The position numbers and the translations under genes are program-made. From an uncultured bacterium (GTDB lineage: Bacteria > Patescibacteriota > Minisyncoccia > Phycocordibacterales > Phycocordibacteraceae), in the NCBI GenBank assembly GCA_947085505.1, contig CAMTWI010000004.1, forward strand, positions 129,800-193,799: a stretch of DNA of 64,000 bases. Reading direction: 5' to 3'. Shown here piece after piece: positions 26,246-36,141 of the stretch (the stretch's first letter is position 1; the number at the start of each line of letters is the position of its first letter). Under the pieces are notes generated by a model that was given only the letters and a program-made list of their open reading frames with translations, did not search any database and was not told the DNA's origin.

Positions 26246-27664
26246 ATGAAGATAACCTTCGGGAAGACTGCTATAGACTCTGCACCGAAGGGATATCTTC
26301 GCGTGCGTTTTATTGAAGAACCAAAGGGTACGAAGCGATTCGTCCGAGAGGACGGCGCTGAATGGCTTGAGCTCGGTATAGGAAAGGCGAAGGACCTAAC
26401 CAACCGCAAGTTCACTATCCTCATCCGGAGCATCGTGCAGGCAGCAAAGCAGCAGAATGCACGCAAGGTTGCTGTGACCTTTACTGCAACTCCTAAGCTC
26501 TGGGAGAACCTTTCATTCTCATCAGAAGAGCTGCGTGGCCAAGTCTTTGCAGAGAATGTTGTTATGGCGAACTTCGAGTTCCGTACTTTTAAAACAAAGC
26601 CAAAGGATGGCTGGAAAGATGTGGAGGAGATTCTCATTTGTGATGCAGCGACGCCAGCAATGCGTGCCGGTATTAAGAAGGGTCTTCTTGTGGGCGAAGC
26701 GGTTAACGCAGCAAGGGAACTTTCAAACACTCCTGGTGGCTCCATGACTCCAAAGGGACTTGCGAAGGCTGCTAAAGCTGCCGTAGCAGGGCTTCCCGTA
26801 ACCGTTCAGACGTTGGATCGTGCAGCACTTACGAAGCTTGGTATGGGACTTCTTGCGGGAGTTGGTGCTGGCTCCTCAGACGACCCAACCTTCACAGTTA
26901 TGACCTACAAGGGCGGCAAGCCTAGCGAGAAGCCAATCGTGCTTGCAGGCAAAGGCATCACCTTTGATTCAGGAGGTCTTAACATCAAGCCTTCAAGCAG
27001 TATTTACGAGATGCACCTTGATATGTCGGGCGCCGCGAGTGTTATTCATGCTGTAGCTCTTGCGGCTCAGCTTAAGCTCAAGAAGAACGTTATTGCACTA
27101 GTACCAGCGGCAGAGAATATGCTTGGGAACGGCGCGACACGCCCGGGAGATATCCTTACCTCTCTTTCAGGCAAGACAGTTGAAGTAACTGATACCGATG
27201 CAGAAGGAAGGCTCGTGCTTGCGGATGCTATTACCTACGCGAAACGCCTCAAGCCTGGTGTGGTTATCGATGTCGCAACCTTAACAGGTGCTGTCCTTGT
27301 GGCGCTCGGTTTCCAGGCGTCAGGTCTTATGACTCGTGACGACAAGCTCGCAGACCAGCTTCTTGCTCTTGGCGAAGAGTCCGGGGACTATGTATGGCGT
27401 CTCCCGCTCTGGGACGAATACGAAACAGTTATAAAGAGCGACTTCGCTGATTTGCAGAATCATTCAATCTCTGGCGGCAGGTATGCTGGTGCTACAAACG
27501 GAGCTATATTCCTCTGGCAGTTTGCGAAAGAGCTCGGATGCCCATGGGCACACCTTGATATCGCCTCAAGAATGACCGCAGTTCGTGGCGAGGAACTTGC
27601 AAAGGGTGCCGCAGGAGCTCCTGTACGGCTTCTCATAGCGTTTATCGAATCATGGAAGGCGTAA
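26246..27664 (+). CDS. pepA: leucyl aminopeptidase (M17)
   Basis: M17 signature VTDTDAEGRLVLAD; 472 aa. Confidence 0.9.
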   Translation: MKITFGKTAIDSAPKGYLRVRFIEEPKGTKRFVREDGAEWLELGIGKAKDLTNRKFTILIRSIVQAAKQQNARKVAVTFTATPKLWENLSFSSEELRGQVFAENVVMANFEFRTFKTKPKDGWKDVEEILICDAATPAMRAGIKKGLLVGEAVNAARELSNTPGGSMTPKGLAKAAKAAVAGLPVTVQTLDRAALTKLGMGLLAGVGAGSSDDPTFTVMTYKGGKPSEKPIVLAGKGITFDSGGLNIKPSSSIYEMHLDMSGAASVIHAVALAAQLKLKKNVIALVPAAENMLGNGATRPGDILTSLSGKTVEVTDTDAEGRLVLADAITYAKRLKPGVVIDVATLTGAVLVALGFQASGLMTRDDKLADQLLALGEESGDYVWRLPLWDEYETVIKSDFADLQNHSISGGRYAGATNGAIFLWQFAKELGCPWAHLDIASRMTAVRGEELAKGAAGAPVRLLIAFIESWKA

Positions 27665-28392
27665 CCGCATACACCGGGTTCACGATACGCACCGGCTCAT
27701 TTGAGGGGCCGTATGACCTCATCCTTGATCTCATCGACAAGCGAAAGCTCTCGGTTAACGAGCTGTCGCTCACTCAGGTAACCGACGATTACATCGCATT
27801 CGTGCGTGGGCATGAGGCATTCCCGATGGAGGAAGCTGCGCAGTTCATTGGTGTGGCTGCGACGCTTCTACTTATTAAGTCGAAGTCCCTCATTCCAGAA
27901 CTCGAGCTCTCCATGGAAGAGGAGGAAGATGTCGACGATCTTAAGAGGAGACTCTCCATGTATGAGAAGGTTCGTGAAGCACGATCGGAGCTCTCGCGAA
28001 TATATGGGAGGAACGTCATGGTGTCCGCAGGAGAGCGAGCACCAACACCCATGTTTGCTCCGGCACGTGACCTTACGCTACAGAACCTTTCAAGCGCACT
28101 TGCCAATGCACTCGCGACACTTGAGAAGGCTGAGGAGAAGCTGCCTGAAGCTAGAGTGCGCCCTCTGGTTACCATCGAGGAGATGATGGACACACTCCTC
28201 TCGCGAGTACAGCGCGCCATGACACTCTCCTTTAAAGAGTTCTCAGCTGGAAGTGCTGAAAAGGTTGAAGTTATTGTCTCGTTCCTCGCGCTTCTTGAGC
28301 TTGTTAAACAGGGTGCCGTTGAAGCCGCGCAGCACGATCCATTTACGGATATTAGGATTACGAACACCTCAGCGGGGGTACCGCGCTACTAG
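27652..28392 (+). CDS. scpA: segregation and condensation protein A
   Basis: Kleisin-like ScpA pattern (FEGPYDLILDLIDKRKLSVNELSL...VSFLALLELVK). Confidence 0.85.
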   Translation: MEGVTAYTGFTIRTGSFEGPYDLILDLIDKRKLSVNELSLTQVTDDYIAFVRGHEAFPMEEAAQFIGVAATLLLIKSKSLIPELELSMEEEEDVDDLKRRLSMYEKVREARSELSRIYGRNVMVSAGERAPTPMFAPARDLTLQNLSSALANALATLEKAEEKLPEARVRPLVTIEEMMDTLLSRVQRAMTLSFKEFSAGSAEKVEVIVSFLALLELVKQGAVEAAQHDPFTDIRITNTSAGVPRY

Positions 28393-28394
28393 GT

Positions 28395-29165
28395 TTAGTA
28401 CAGGACGATAAAGAAGAAGACAACCGCAAGCACAATGCGATAAATACCAAACGGTATAAAGCTGTAACGCCGCACGATCTGAAGCAGGAATTGCATTGAA
28501 AGGAGTGCAACGATAAAGGCGGTAACAAATCCTATTGCAAGGAGACCAAAGTCGTCAGTGGCGAACGTGTCGGCTGACTTAAGAAGATCGTAGCCGGTTG
28601 CCGCTACCATCGTTGGCACCGCTAGAAGAAACGAGAACTCAACGATTGCAACTCTTCGCATTCCAGCAACAAGACCGCCTATGATGGTTGCGGCGGAGCG
28701 AGAGACACCCGGAATAATAGCGATCGATTGAAAGAGACCAACGAGGAGTGCTTGCCGGTACGTAATCTCTTTTGCACCCTCAAGAGACTCGGGACGTTCC
28801 TTGTGTATGAGCTCGAAGAGGATAAGTACCACACCGCCTATAAACAAGGACGCGACTACAACCATAGAATTCCCAAGCAGGAATCCCTTAACGTACGGAT
28901 AGACCAAGAATCCAACGAGCCCCGTGGGAAGGAAGGCAACGAAAAGCTTCTTTAAGAAATTGAGATCAAGGAAAGACTTCCAGTACAAGAACACAACCGC
29001 ACCAACAGCACCGAGCTGTATCGCAATTTGAAACGAGGACAGGAATGCACTCGGCGGAATATTGAGGAGCTCACTTGCGAGTATGAGGTGACCCGTTGAG
29101 GAGATTGGAAGGAACTCCGTGATGCCCTCGATAATGCCGAGAATAACGCTGTCCAGCGGTGTCAT
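28395..29165 (-). CDS. uppP: undecaprenyl-diphosphate phosphatase
   Basis: GITEFLPISSTGHL motif; 8 TM helices; 256 aa. Confidence 0.92.
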   Translation of the reverse strand: MTPLDSVILGIIEGITEFLPISSTGHLILASELLNIPPSAFLSSFQIAIQLGAVGAVVFLYWKSFLDLNFLKKLFVAFLPTGLVGFLVYPYVKGFLLGNSMVVVASLFIGGVVLILFELIHKERPESLEGAKEITYRQALLVGLFQSIAIIPGVSRSAATIIGGLVAGMRRVAIVEFSFLLAVPTMVAATGYDLLKSADTFATDDFGLLAIGFVTAFIVALLSMQFLLQIVRRYSFIPFGIYRIVLAVVFFFIVLY

Positions 29166-29248
29166 GATGGAAAAAGTATACCAGGGCTTTCTCGTCCCCA
29201 GTCCCCAAGGGTTGCCGTAGCCGCGTTTGACGGTATTCTTTAGGCATT

Positions 29249-29791
29249 ATGGCGCTCGCGCTCTCATCCCGGCTTGAAGCCCTTCTCTTTGCCTCTGGCG
29301 AGCCGCTTACAAAGAAGCGTCTCGCGGGTTTTTTGGACACCAATCTGGACGGTATTGAGGATGCGCTAAATGCGCTCCGCATTACTCTTGAGGATCGTGG
29401 ACTCATGCTTGTTGAAGCAGGGGAGATGGTTGAACTACGTACAAGCCCAGAAGCGGCTGACACCATTCAGAAACTCCGCGAGAGCGAGCTATCCCGCGAC
29501 CTTGGGAAGGCGAGCCTTGAGACGCTCGCTATCATTCTCTACAAGGGAGGATCAACACGCGGGGAGATCGATTGGGTTCGCGGTGTGAATTCAGGTGCCG
29601 CTATTCGTGCGCTTCTTCTTCGCGGCCTTATCGAGCGCACCGAAGACAGGGATGACAAGCGACGCGCATTCTACAAGCCAACGGTTGACGCACTTGCGCA
29701 CCTTGGGGCCGGCAAGCTTGAAGACCTTCCGCGCTACGCAGAACTGCATGCGGCACTCGCTGCAAACGAAGCAACCGCATCCGACGTATGA
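29249..29791 (+). CDS. scpB: segregation and condensation protein B
   Basis: LEALLFASGEPL N-terminus and tandem winged-helix pattern. Confidence 0.85.
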   Translation: MALALSSRLEALLFASGEPLTKKRLAGFLDTNLDGIEDALNALRITLEDRGLMLVEAGEMVELRTSPEAADTIQKLRESELSRDLGKASLETLAIILYKGGSTRGEIDWVRGVNSGAAIRALLLRGLIERTEDRDDKRRAFYKPTVDALAHLGAGKLEDLPRYAELHAALAANEATASDV

Positions 29792-30768
29792 CCACACCTA
29801 CTCCAGACCTAAAGACGCTCATACGGAGGCTTGAGAAGCGCCACCAAAAAAAGCAGGCCGCTACCGCACTTATTGCAGGTACCGCGGTGCTTGGATTAAC
29901 CGTGCTCGTTGCACCTCTCTTTGGCCAGGAAGAAGACGTGACACCGATTGCCGTTGAGCCATCACCCATTGTTATGCCGGCGTCTAGTGCCTTTGAGGAA
30001 GTGCGCCTCGAAGGGAAGGCAGCTATTGTCTATGACCTCGTTACCGGCGAGACACTGTACGAAAAGAACAGCCGTTCTCAGCTTCCACTGGCATCCCTCA
30101 CGAAGCTCCTTACCGTATACGCTGCAGCAGAAAGCATCGACAGCAACGCAACCGTGACGATAAGCGAGACGGCGCTTCTTTCCGAAGGAGACAACGGATT
30201 CTCAGCCGGCGAGAGCTTTGCGTTTGGCGACCTCGCTCGTCTTGCGCTCGTATCGTCTTCAAACGACGCAACCGCTGCTATTGCTGAGAGCGCCGCTATC
30301 GCTCGCGCAACAACCGGTAAGAACATGCTTGCGAGTGCCGCGTCAGCTCTTGGACTTTCACAGACATATGCGCTGAACGGTACCGGCCTCGACGAGAGCA
30401 CCTCAGTCTCTGGCGGATACGGATCAGCAAAGGACATCGCCACGCTTTCAGGAAAGCTTCTTCAGATAGCGCCTGAAATAGCGAGCGCTACTGTTAGTAC
30501 ATCAATTTCCATTCGCTCGCGTGAGGGAGTGCTCCATACATTACCGAACACAAACCCGGGTATCGCACGAATCCCGAACGCGCTTCTTTCAAAGACTGGC
30601 TTCACGGACCTTGCCGGCGGAAACCTAGCCGTTGTGTACGATGCAGGCATCGGGCGCCCAATCGCGATTGTTGTACTTGGTTCGTCCCGGGATGGACGCT
30701 TCACGGACGTGAACGTGCTCATGAACCGAACCAACGAATACTTCGCTGGCATTAACAAACAGCGTTAA
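29788..30768 (+). CDS. D-alanyl-D-alanine carboxypeptidase (S11, PBP5-like)
   Basis: SxxK (ASLTK), SxN (SSND) and KTG (KTGFT) motifs; N-terminal TM anchor. Confidence 0.85.
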   Translation: MTTPTPDLKTLIRRLEKRHQKKQAATALIAGTAVLGLTVLVAPLFGQEEDVTPIAVEPSPIVMPASSAFEEVRLEGKAAIVYDLVTGETLYEKNSRSQLPLASLTKLLTVYAAAESIDSNATVTISETALLSEGDNGFSAGESFAFGDLARLALVSSSNDATAAIAESAAIARATTGKNMLASAASALGLSQTYALNGTGLDESTSVSGGYGSAKDIATLSGKLLQIAPEIASATVSTSISIRSREGVLHTLPNTNPGIARIPNALLSKTGFTDLAGGNLAVVYDAGIGRPIAIVVLGSSRDGRFTDVNVLMNRTNEYFAGINKQR

Positions 30769-30773
30769 TTTGT

Positions 30774-31835
30774 ATGATCATCGACGCAGCGCGTGTACTC
30801 ATCCCGTCGGTCATCGCCTTCACCGTAGGTATCGCACTCGCGCCCATACTCACGCACTATCTCTTTAAACACCGCGCCTGGAAGAAGAAGAGCGGGAAGG
30901 GGAACAGCATGGGGGACATGAACGGTACCCCGCTATTTGACGAGCTTCATAAGGAGCGCGAGGTATCAACGCCGCGCATGGGTGGCATTATCGTATGGGC
31001 TTCGACGCTTATAACCGCACTTGGTCTGTGGGGTCTTGCGATGTTGTTCGGCGAACCATTTGCCTCCTTTGATCTGATTACGCGCAGCCAGACCTGGCTT
31101 CCATTGTTTGCGCTTGCAGTCGGTGCAGGTGTAGGGCTTGTTGACGACATCTTTGAAATTACCCGTTCTAATGGGGGGCTCCGGCTTCGCTGGCGCCTTC
31201 TCGTTGTTGCACTTCTTGGGTTGTTTGCGGGCTGGTGGTTCTACGAGAAGCTCGGTGTCTCAAGTATCGGCATTCCACTTGTTGGTCCAGTTGAGCTTGG
31301 CGTCTTTTTCATTGGCTTCTTTATGTTGGTTACGCTCGCACTCTATGCGGGCGGGGTTATCGATGGTATCGACGGCTTAGCGGGCGGTGTGTTCGCCATT
31401 ATTTTCATGACGTATGCAGGTATCGCGTTTGCGCAAGGGCAGACGTCTCTTGCCGCGTTTGCGGCTTGTGTCTCTGGCGCGTTGTTCGCATTCCTTTGGT
31501 TTAATATTCCGCCCGCTAGATTTTATCTGTCCGAGACCGGGACCATGGCGTTAACCGTTGCGCTTGCCATAACGGCATTCTCAACGGATGTGCTTGGAGA
31601 GGGAGTAGGTGTCGCTGTTCTTCCGATTATCGCGCTTCCGCTTACCGTTACCGTCTTTACGAGTGTCCTGCAGGTATTCTCAAAGAAAGTTCTCAAGAAG
31701 AAGTTGTTTAAGATTGCACCAATTCATCATCACTTTGAAGCGATTGGCTGGCCTGCGTACAAGGTTGCGATGCGGTACTGGGTTATTACGATTATTGCGG
31801 GAATCTTTGGGTTGGCGCTCGCGCTTTTAAAGTAA
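30774..31835 (+). CDS. mraY: phospho-N-acetylmuramoyl-pentapeptide transferase
   Basis: Polytopic; DGIDGLAGG and PIHHHFE motifs. Confidence 0.93.
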   Translation: MIIDAARVLIPSVIAFTVGIALAPILTHYLFKHRAWKKKSGKGNSMGDMNGTPLFDELHKEREVSTPRMGGIIVWASTLITALGLWGLAMLFGEPFASFDLITRSQTWLPLFALAVGAGVGLVDDIFEITRSNGGLRLRWRLLVVALLGLFAGWWFYEKLGVSSIGIPLVGPVELGVFFIGFFMLVTLALYAGGVIDGIDGLAGGVFAIIFMTYAGIAFAQGQTSLAAFAACVSGALFAFLWFNIPPARFYLSETGTMALTVALAITAFSTDVLGEGVGVAVLPIIALPLTVTVFTSVLQVFSKKVLKKKLFKIAPIHHHFEAIGWPAYKVAMRYWVITIIAGIFGLALALLK

Positions 31836-31851
31836 AGTAATGAGGATATTG

Positions 31852-31899
31852 AAAAGCCGCCCCCGTTGAAGGAGGCGGCTTTAGCGGCTGAAGCCGCTT
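31852..31899. terminator. paired hairpins between convergent mraY and the 31898 gene
   Basis: AAAGCCGCC...GGCGGCTTT and AGCGGCT-GA-AGCCGCT. Confidence 0.6.
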
Positions 31900-32263
31900 A
31901 CTTGAAGGTGCGAACCCGTGTGCAGGCCCGAGCGACCATGGTCTCGAAGTCGTCGAGCGCGAAGTCCTCCGAAGGACCGTGCGGGCCATACAACGAGTAC
32001 AGCGAGTCGAGTTTTACATCGAACTGCATCATCGTGTGGATGCCGTACGAATCCTTGAGCTTCACGATGACCGAGTAATACCCGGCATTGTTTTCGATGA
32101 CGCTCACGAGGAGTTCGTGGCCGTGCTCGTTTTCGATCGCAGCTTTCTCGATGTGCATGCGCAGCATCTCACCGAGACGCTTTTGCTCAGCGAGCGCTGC
32201 TTGTGCGAGACGCCCGAGCTCACGTTGCTCCTCGGCCGCTTTTCTGGTTTTGATTCCAAACAC
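31898..32263 (-). CDS. hypothetical protein, opposite strand inside the dcw block
   Basis: 121-aa ORF; N-terminal charged helix; no motif recognised. Confidence 0.5.
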   Translation of the reverse strand: MFGIKTRKAAEEQRELGRLAQAALAEQKRLGEMLRMHIEKAAIENEHGHELLVSVIENNAGYYSVIVKLKDSYGIHTMMQFDVKLDSLYSLYGPHGPSEDFALDDFETMVARACTRVRTFK

Positions 32264-32393
32264 GTATTCTCTCCAAAAGGTTCAAGGGGTACTCTATAAC
32301 TATACACGAATATGCATTATTGTCAATATTTGTACCCTGTATATCATTTTGATCGGTGAGTGTATGGCACCCATAGGATAGAATAGGGAACAT

Positions 32394-33503
32394 ATGCGCC
32401 TTTCAGGAGATCGAGCGTTCGCCTTCATCGTCGCCATCTTAGTTGTTGGCGGCGCTGCTATTTTCCTTTCAGCTGCGCTTGGTCTGCTTGCACGCGAAGG
32501 AGCATCGATTGGCAAGCTTGCCCTCACACAGCTCGCTCTTGGTCTCATCCCAGGACTCATAGCACTCGCGGTTATCCGCTTCATGCCGCAGAAGCTCCTC
32601 ATGCGGGCAGTTATCCCGTTCTATGTTCTCGCGCTCATCGTTACTTCGCTCGTCTTCATTCCAGGACTTGGTGTGCATGCAGGTGGCGCGACACGTTGGA
32701 TTGATCTCGGTCTCTTTACGGTCCAGCCGGCAGAGTTCTTGAAGCCTGCCGTTATCCTAATGCTCGCTTTGTTCCTTGCCCGCGCAAAAGAAAAGATTAA
32801 ATACTTCAAGAACGGACTTATCCCGTTTGGCCTCATTATAGGTCTGCCGATTGTTTTGCTCGCACTGCAGCCAAACAACAGTACGATCCTGGTTATTGGT
32901 GCCACGAGCATGGCACTCTACTTTATTGCGGGCGCCAGATGGCGAGATATTGGCCTCATTATCCTCGCCGGTCTCGCCTTTGTTGCTATAGCTCTGTTCT
33001 TTAGGCCCTATGCGCTTGAGCGTGTGAAGACGTTCATTAACCCCGAACAGGATGGACTCGGGAGCGGATATCAGATACAGCAATCCTTAATTGCTATAGG
33101 CTCTGGCGGGATGCTCGGGCGCGGATTCGGCCAGAGCGCACAGAAATACAACTATCTCCCTGAGCCCGTAGGGGATTCCGTGTTCGCCGTCTACGGAGAA
33201 GAGTTCGGATTCATCGGTACTGTACTTCTCGTTATCTTATTCACGGCCTTCGCAACACGCGGATTCGCTATTGCGGCCCAATCTGCGAATGCATTTGGTA
33301 CCTATGCCGCCACCGGCCTCACCTTATTGCTAACCATATCAGCGTTCATGAATATAGGGGCAATGCTCGGTATTATGCCCTTAACCGGGCTTCCGCTCCC
33401 GTTTGTGTCGCACGGCGGTACGGCACTCCTTGCAGCCCTAGCCTCAGTTGGCGTTATTCTGAACGTCGCTGCCAACAGGAGCAAGAAGAAGACTCTAGAG
33501 TAA
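32394..33503 (+). CDS. ftsW: SEDS family peptidoglycan polymerase FtsW/RodA
   Basis: 10-TM SEDS pattern; located between mraY and murG. Confidence 0.88.
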   Translation: MRLSGDRAFAFIVAILVVGGAAIFLSAALGLLAREGASIGKLALTQLALGLIPGLIALAVIRFMPQKLLMRAVIPFYVLALIVTSLVFIPGLGVHAGGATRWIDLGLFTVQPAEFLKPAVILMLALFLARAKEKIKYFKNGLIPFGLIIGLPIVLLALQPNNSTILVIGATSMALYFIAGARWRDIGLIILAGLAFVAIALFFRPYALERVKTFINPEQDGLGSGYQIQQSLIAIGSGGMLGRGFGQSAQKYNYLPEPVGDSVFAVYGEEFGFIGTVLLVILFTAFATRGFAIAAQSANAFGTYAATGLTLLLTISAFMNIGAMLGIMPLTGLPLPFVSHGGTALLAALASVGVILNVAANRSKKKTLE

Positions 33504-33543
33504 AGGAGTGAGTGTTTCCATGCTATAAAAAGGCTACTAAAGT

Positions 33544-34695
33544 ATGAAGATTGTATTTACTGGCGGGGGAACAGGCGGGCATTTCTATCCGCTGATTGCT
33601 ATTGCGGAGTCTTTGCACGACCTTGTTCAGGAACGGAAGTTGCTCCCACCGCAACTCTACTACTTGGCGGACAAACCATATGACGAGGAGGCACTCTTCG
33701 CCAACGATATCGTCTTTCTGAAGGCTCCTGCCGGAAAGGTTCGTCGCTACTTCTCACTATCAAATGTAACTGATGTCTTTGTTACGGCATGGGGGCTCGT
33801 TACTTCATTCTTCATACTCCTTAAGCTCTATCCGGACGTTATTATCTCGAAGGGCGGGTACGCGAGCGTCCCAACGGTCCTCGCAGCCTCTTTCCTTGGT
33901 ATCCCGATTATCGTGCACGAATCAGACGCAAAGCCTGGACGTGCGAACCTACTTGGTGCCAAGCATGCGACACGTATTGCCGTTGCATTTGAAAGCGCTA
34001 TCGAAGGATTCCCAGCAAAGCTCCGGAACAAAGTAGCGAAGGTTGGTATTCCTGTCCGTAAGGAACTTCTTACTCTGCCGCCACGGATAGACGCGGTTAC
34101 TGCACTGAATCTCGATCCTTCTATCCCTACGGTTTTCATCATTGGCGGATCCTCTGGCTCTCTTCGTATTAACGAAACCGTACTTGATGCGCTTCCAAAC
34201 CTCGTGTCATTTGCAAACGTGATACACCAAACAGGTAAGGACCACTTCGACAACATCATGAAGACCGGGAACGTTATTATTGAAAAGAGCGGGCACGAAG
34301 CGAGGTACCACCCGTACCCTTATATGAACGCAGAAACGATGCGCAGAGCAGCCGCAGCAGCAGACGTCATTATTACGCGTGCTGGAACCGGCTCCATAAC
34401 GGAGATCTCTCTTTGGGGTGTACCGTCTATCTTGATTCCGATTCCTGAAGCTATAAGCCACGACCAACGCACCAACGCGTATGCGTATGCGCGCACCGGT
34501 GCAGCGGTAGTGCTTGAAGAGGCGAACCTTACGCCACACGTTCTCGCTTCAGAAGCGCAGCGTATAGGAACTGATTCTGTGGTTGCAAGCCGCATGCGCG
34601 AAGCTGCAAAGGGGTTTGCGAACCCGCTTGCTGGACGCCTTCTCGCGGAAGAAGCTCTTCGCATTGGTCTTTCACACCAAGGGAAGAACGGCTAA
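33544..34695 (+). CDS. murG: UDP-N-acetylglucosamine--N-acetylmuramyl-(pentapeptide) pyrophosphoryl-undecaprenol N-acetylglucosamine transferase
   Basis: GGGTGGHFYPLIA N-terminal loop; GT28 two-domain size. Confidence 0.9.
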   Translation: MKIVFTGGGTGGHFYPLIAIAESLHDLVQERKLLPPQLYYLADKPYDEEALFANDIVFLKAPAGKVRRYFSLSNVTDVFVTAWGLVTSFFILLKLYPDVIISKGGYASVPTVLAASFLGIPIIVHESDAKPGRANLLGAKHATRIAVAFESAIEGFPAKLRNKVAKVGIPVRKELLTLPPRIDAVTALNLDPSIPTVFIIGGSSGSLRINETVLDALPNLVSFANVIHQTGKDHFDNIMKTGNVIIEKSGHEARYHPYPYMNAETMRRAAAAADVIITRAGTGSITEISLWGVPSILIPIPEAISHDQRTNAYAYARTGAAVVLEEANLTPHVLASEAQRIGTDSVVASRMREAAKGFANPLAGRLLAEEALRIGLSHQGKNG

Positions 34696-34704
34696 GCTCT
34701 CTCT

Positions 34705-36138
34705 ATGACCGTCCGTACCCGATTCGCCCCCAGCCCCACTGGCTTTCTGCATGTAGGAGGCGCCCGCACGGCGCTCTATGCGTGGCTGTATGCAAGAAGG
34801 CACAACGGCACGTTCATTCTTCGTATCGAAGACACCGACAAGGGGAGGGAAGTTGAGGGTGCAATCGGGCACATGATGGAATCCTTGAAGTGGCTGGGTA
34901 TTCGGTGGGACGAGAGTATTGATATTGGTGGACCCTATGGGCCGTATATTCAATCCGCTCGATTGGATTCCTATCATACATACGCACGCAGACTCATCGA
35001 TGCCGGATTCGCCTACCCGGATCCCTACACCGAGGAGGAGGTTGAAGTGTTCCGAAAGACTGCTGAAGCAGAGAAGCGTCCGTTCCTGTTCCGCGACCAT
35101 CGACCAGAGACTGTTTCCGCTTGGAACGGCTCACAGCCGCTTCGTTTCAAAGTTCCAACGATTAAGCGATTTGAATGGGAGGACGCAGTTATGGGAACCC
35201 TGTCCGCAGGTGAGGAAGCGCTTGACGATTTCATACTTATCAAAGGCGACGGCTACCCAACCTACAACTTCGCACACATCATTGACGACATAGAAATGAA
35301 AGTTACGCATGTAATGCGAGGTCAAGAGTTTGTCTCGTCTACACCAAAGTTTCTTTCTCTCTATGAGGCCTTGAACGAAGTGCCACCCGTATTCGTGACG
35401 CTTCCGCCCATTCTTGGCGACGGCGGAAACAAGAAGCTCTCGAAGCGTGACGGTGCGAAAGATATTCTGGACTATCGTCGTGAAGGGTATCTGCCAGAAA
35501 CGCTTGTTAACTTCCTCGCACTCCTTGGTTGGAGCCCGGGCGGGGACCAGGAGTTCTTCACACCCTATGGCCTTATCGAAGCGTTCGATATCTCGCGCAT
35601 TCAGCGCTCGGGTGCGCAGTTCGACGAAGACAAACTAAAGCATTTGAACCGCGAGCACATGAGGCTTCTTTCAGACCAGGAGTATGTATCGCGCGGAGAG
35701 CTCAACGCTACGGATGATACACGTCTGTTTAAAGCGGTACCGCTTCTTAAGGAACGAGCCTACACATTCTCTGAGGCTAGAGACATGCTTAAGGGGGAGC
35801 TTTCTTGTTTATTTTCAACCCCAAAATTATCCGTAGAGGGCCTCAAAGCGAAGGAGCCAGCAGAGCGCGCGGGCCTTACAAAAGAGGCTCTGGAGGGCAT
35901 TTTGGGGCTTTTGGAAGGTCTTCCAGCGATGCTTCCGGCAGAAGCCGTTAAGATGGCGCTTATGCCATTTGCGGATAGTCAGGAGGCTCTCATAAAGGGA
36001 GGAAGGGGAGCAGTTCTATGGCCTACACGCTATGCACTTTCCGGCGCTGAGCGGTCTCCAGACCCATTCACCCTTATTTCCATTTTAGGCACAGAGGAGG
36101 CATCTTCCCGTATTCGGGCCGCACTTGCTATACTCTAG
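34705..36138 (+). CDS. gltX: glutamate--tRNA ligase
   Basis: RFAPSPTGFLHVGGARTAL (HIGH) and KLSKRDG (KMSKS). Confidence 0.93.
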   Translation: MTVRTRFAPSPTGFLHVGGARTALYAWLYARRHNGTFILRIEDTDKGREVEGAIGHMMESLKWLGIRWDESIDIGGPYGPYIQSARLDSYHTYARRLIDAGFAYPDPYTEEEVEVFRKTAEAEKRPFLFRDHRPETVSAWNGSQPLRFKVPTIKRFEWEDAVMGTLSAGEEALDDFILIKGDGYPTYNFAHIIDDIEMKVTHVMRGQEFVSSTPKFLSLYEALNEVPPVFVTLPPILGDGGNKKLSKRDGAKDILDYRREGYLPETLVNFLALLGWSPGGDQEFFTPYGLIEAFDISRIQRSGAQFDEDKLKHLNREHMRLLSDQEYVSRGELNATDDTRLFKAVPLLKERAYTFSEARDMLKGELSCLFSTPKLSVEGLKAKEPAERAGLTKEALEGILGLLEGLPAMLPAEAVKMALMPFADSQEALIKGGRGAVLWPTRYALSGAERSPDPFTLISILGTEEASSRIRAALAIL

Positions 36139-36141
36139 GGG

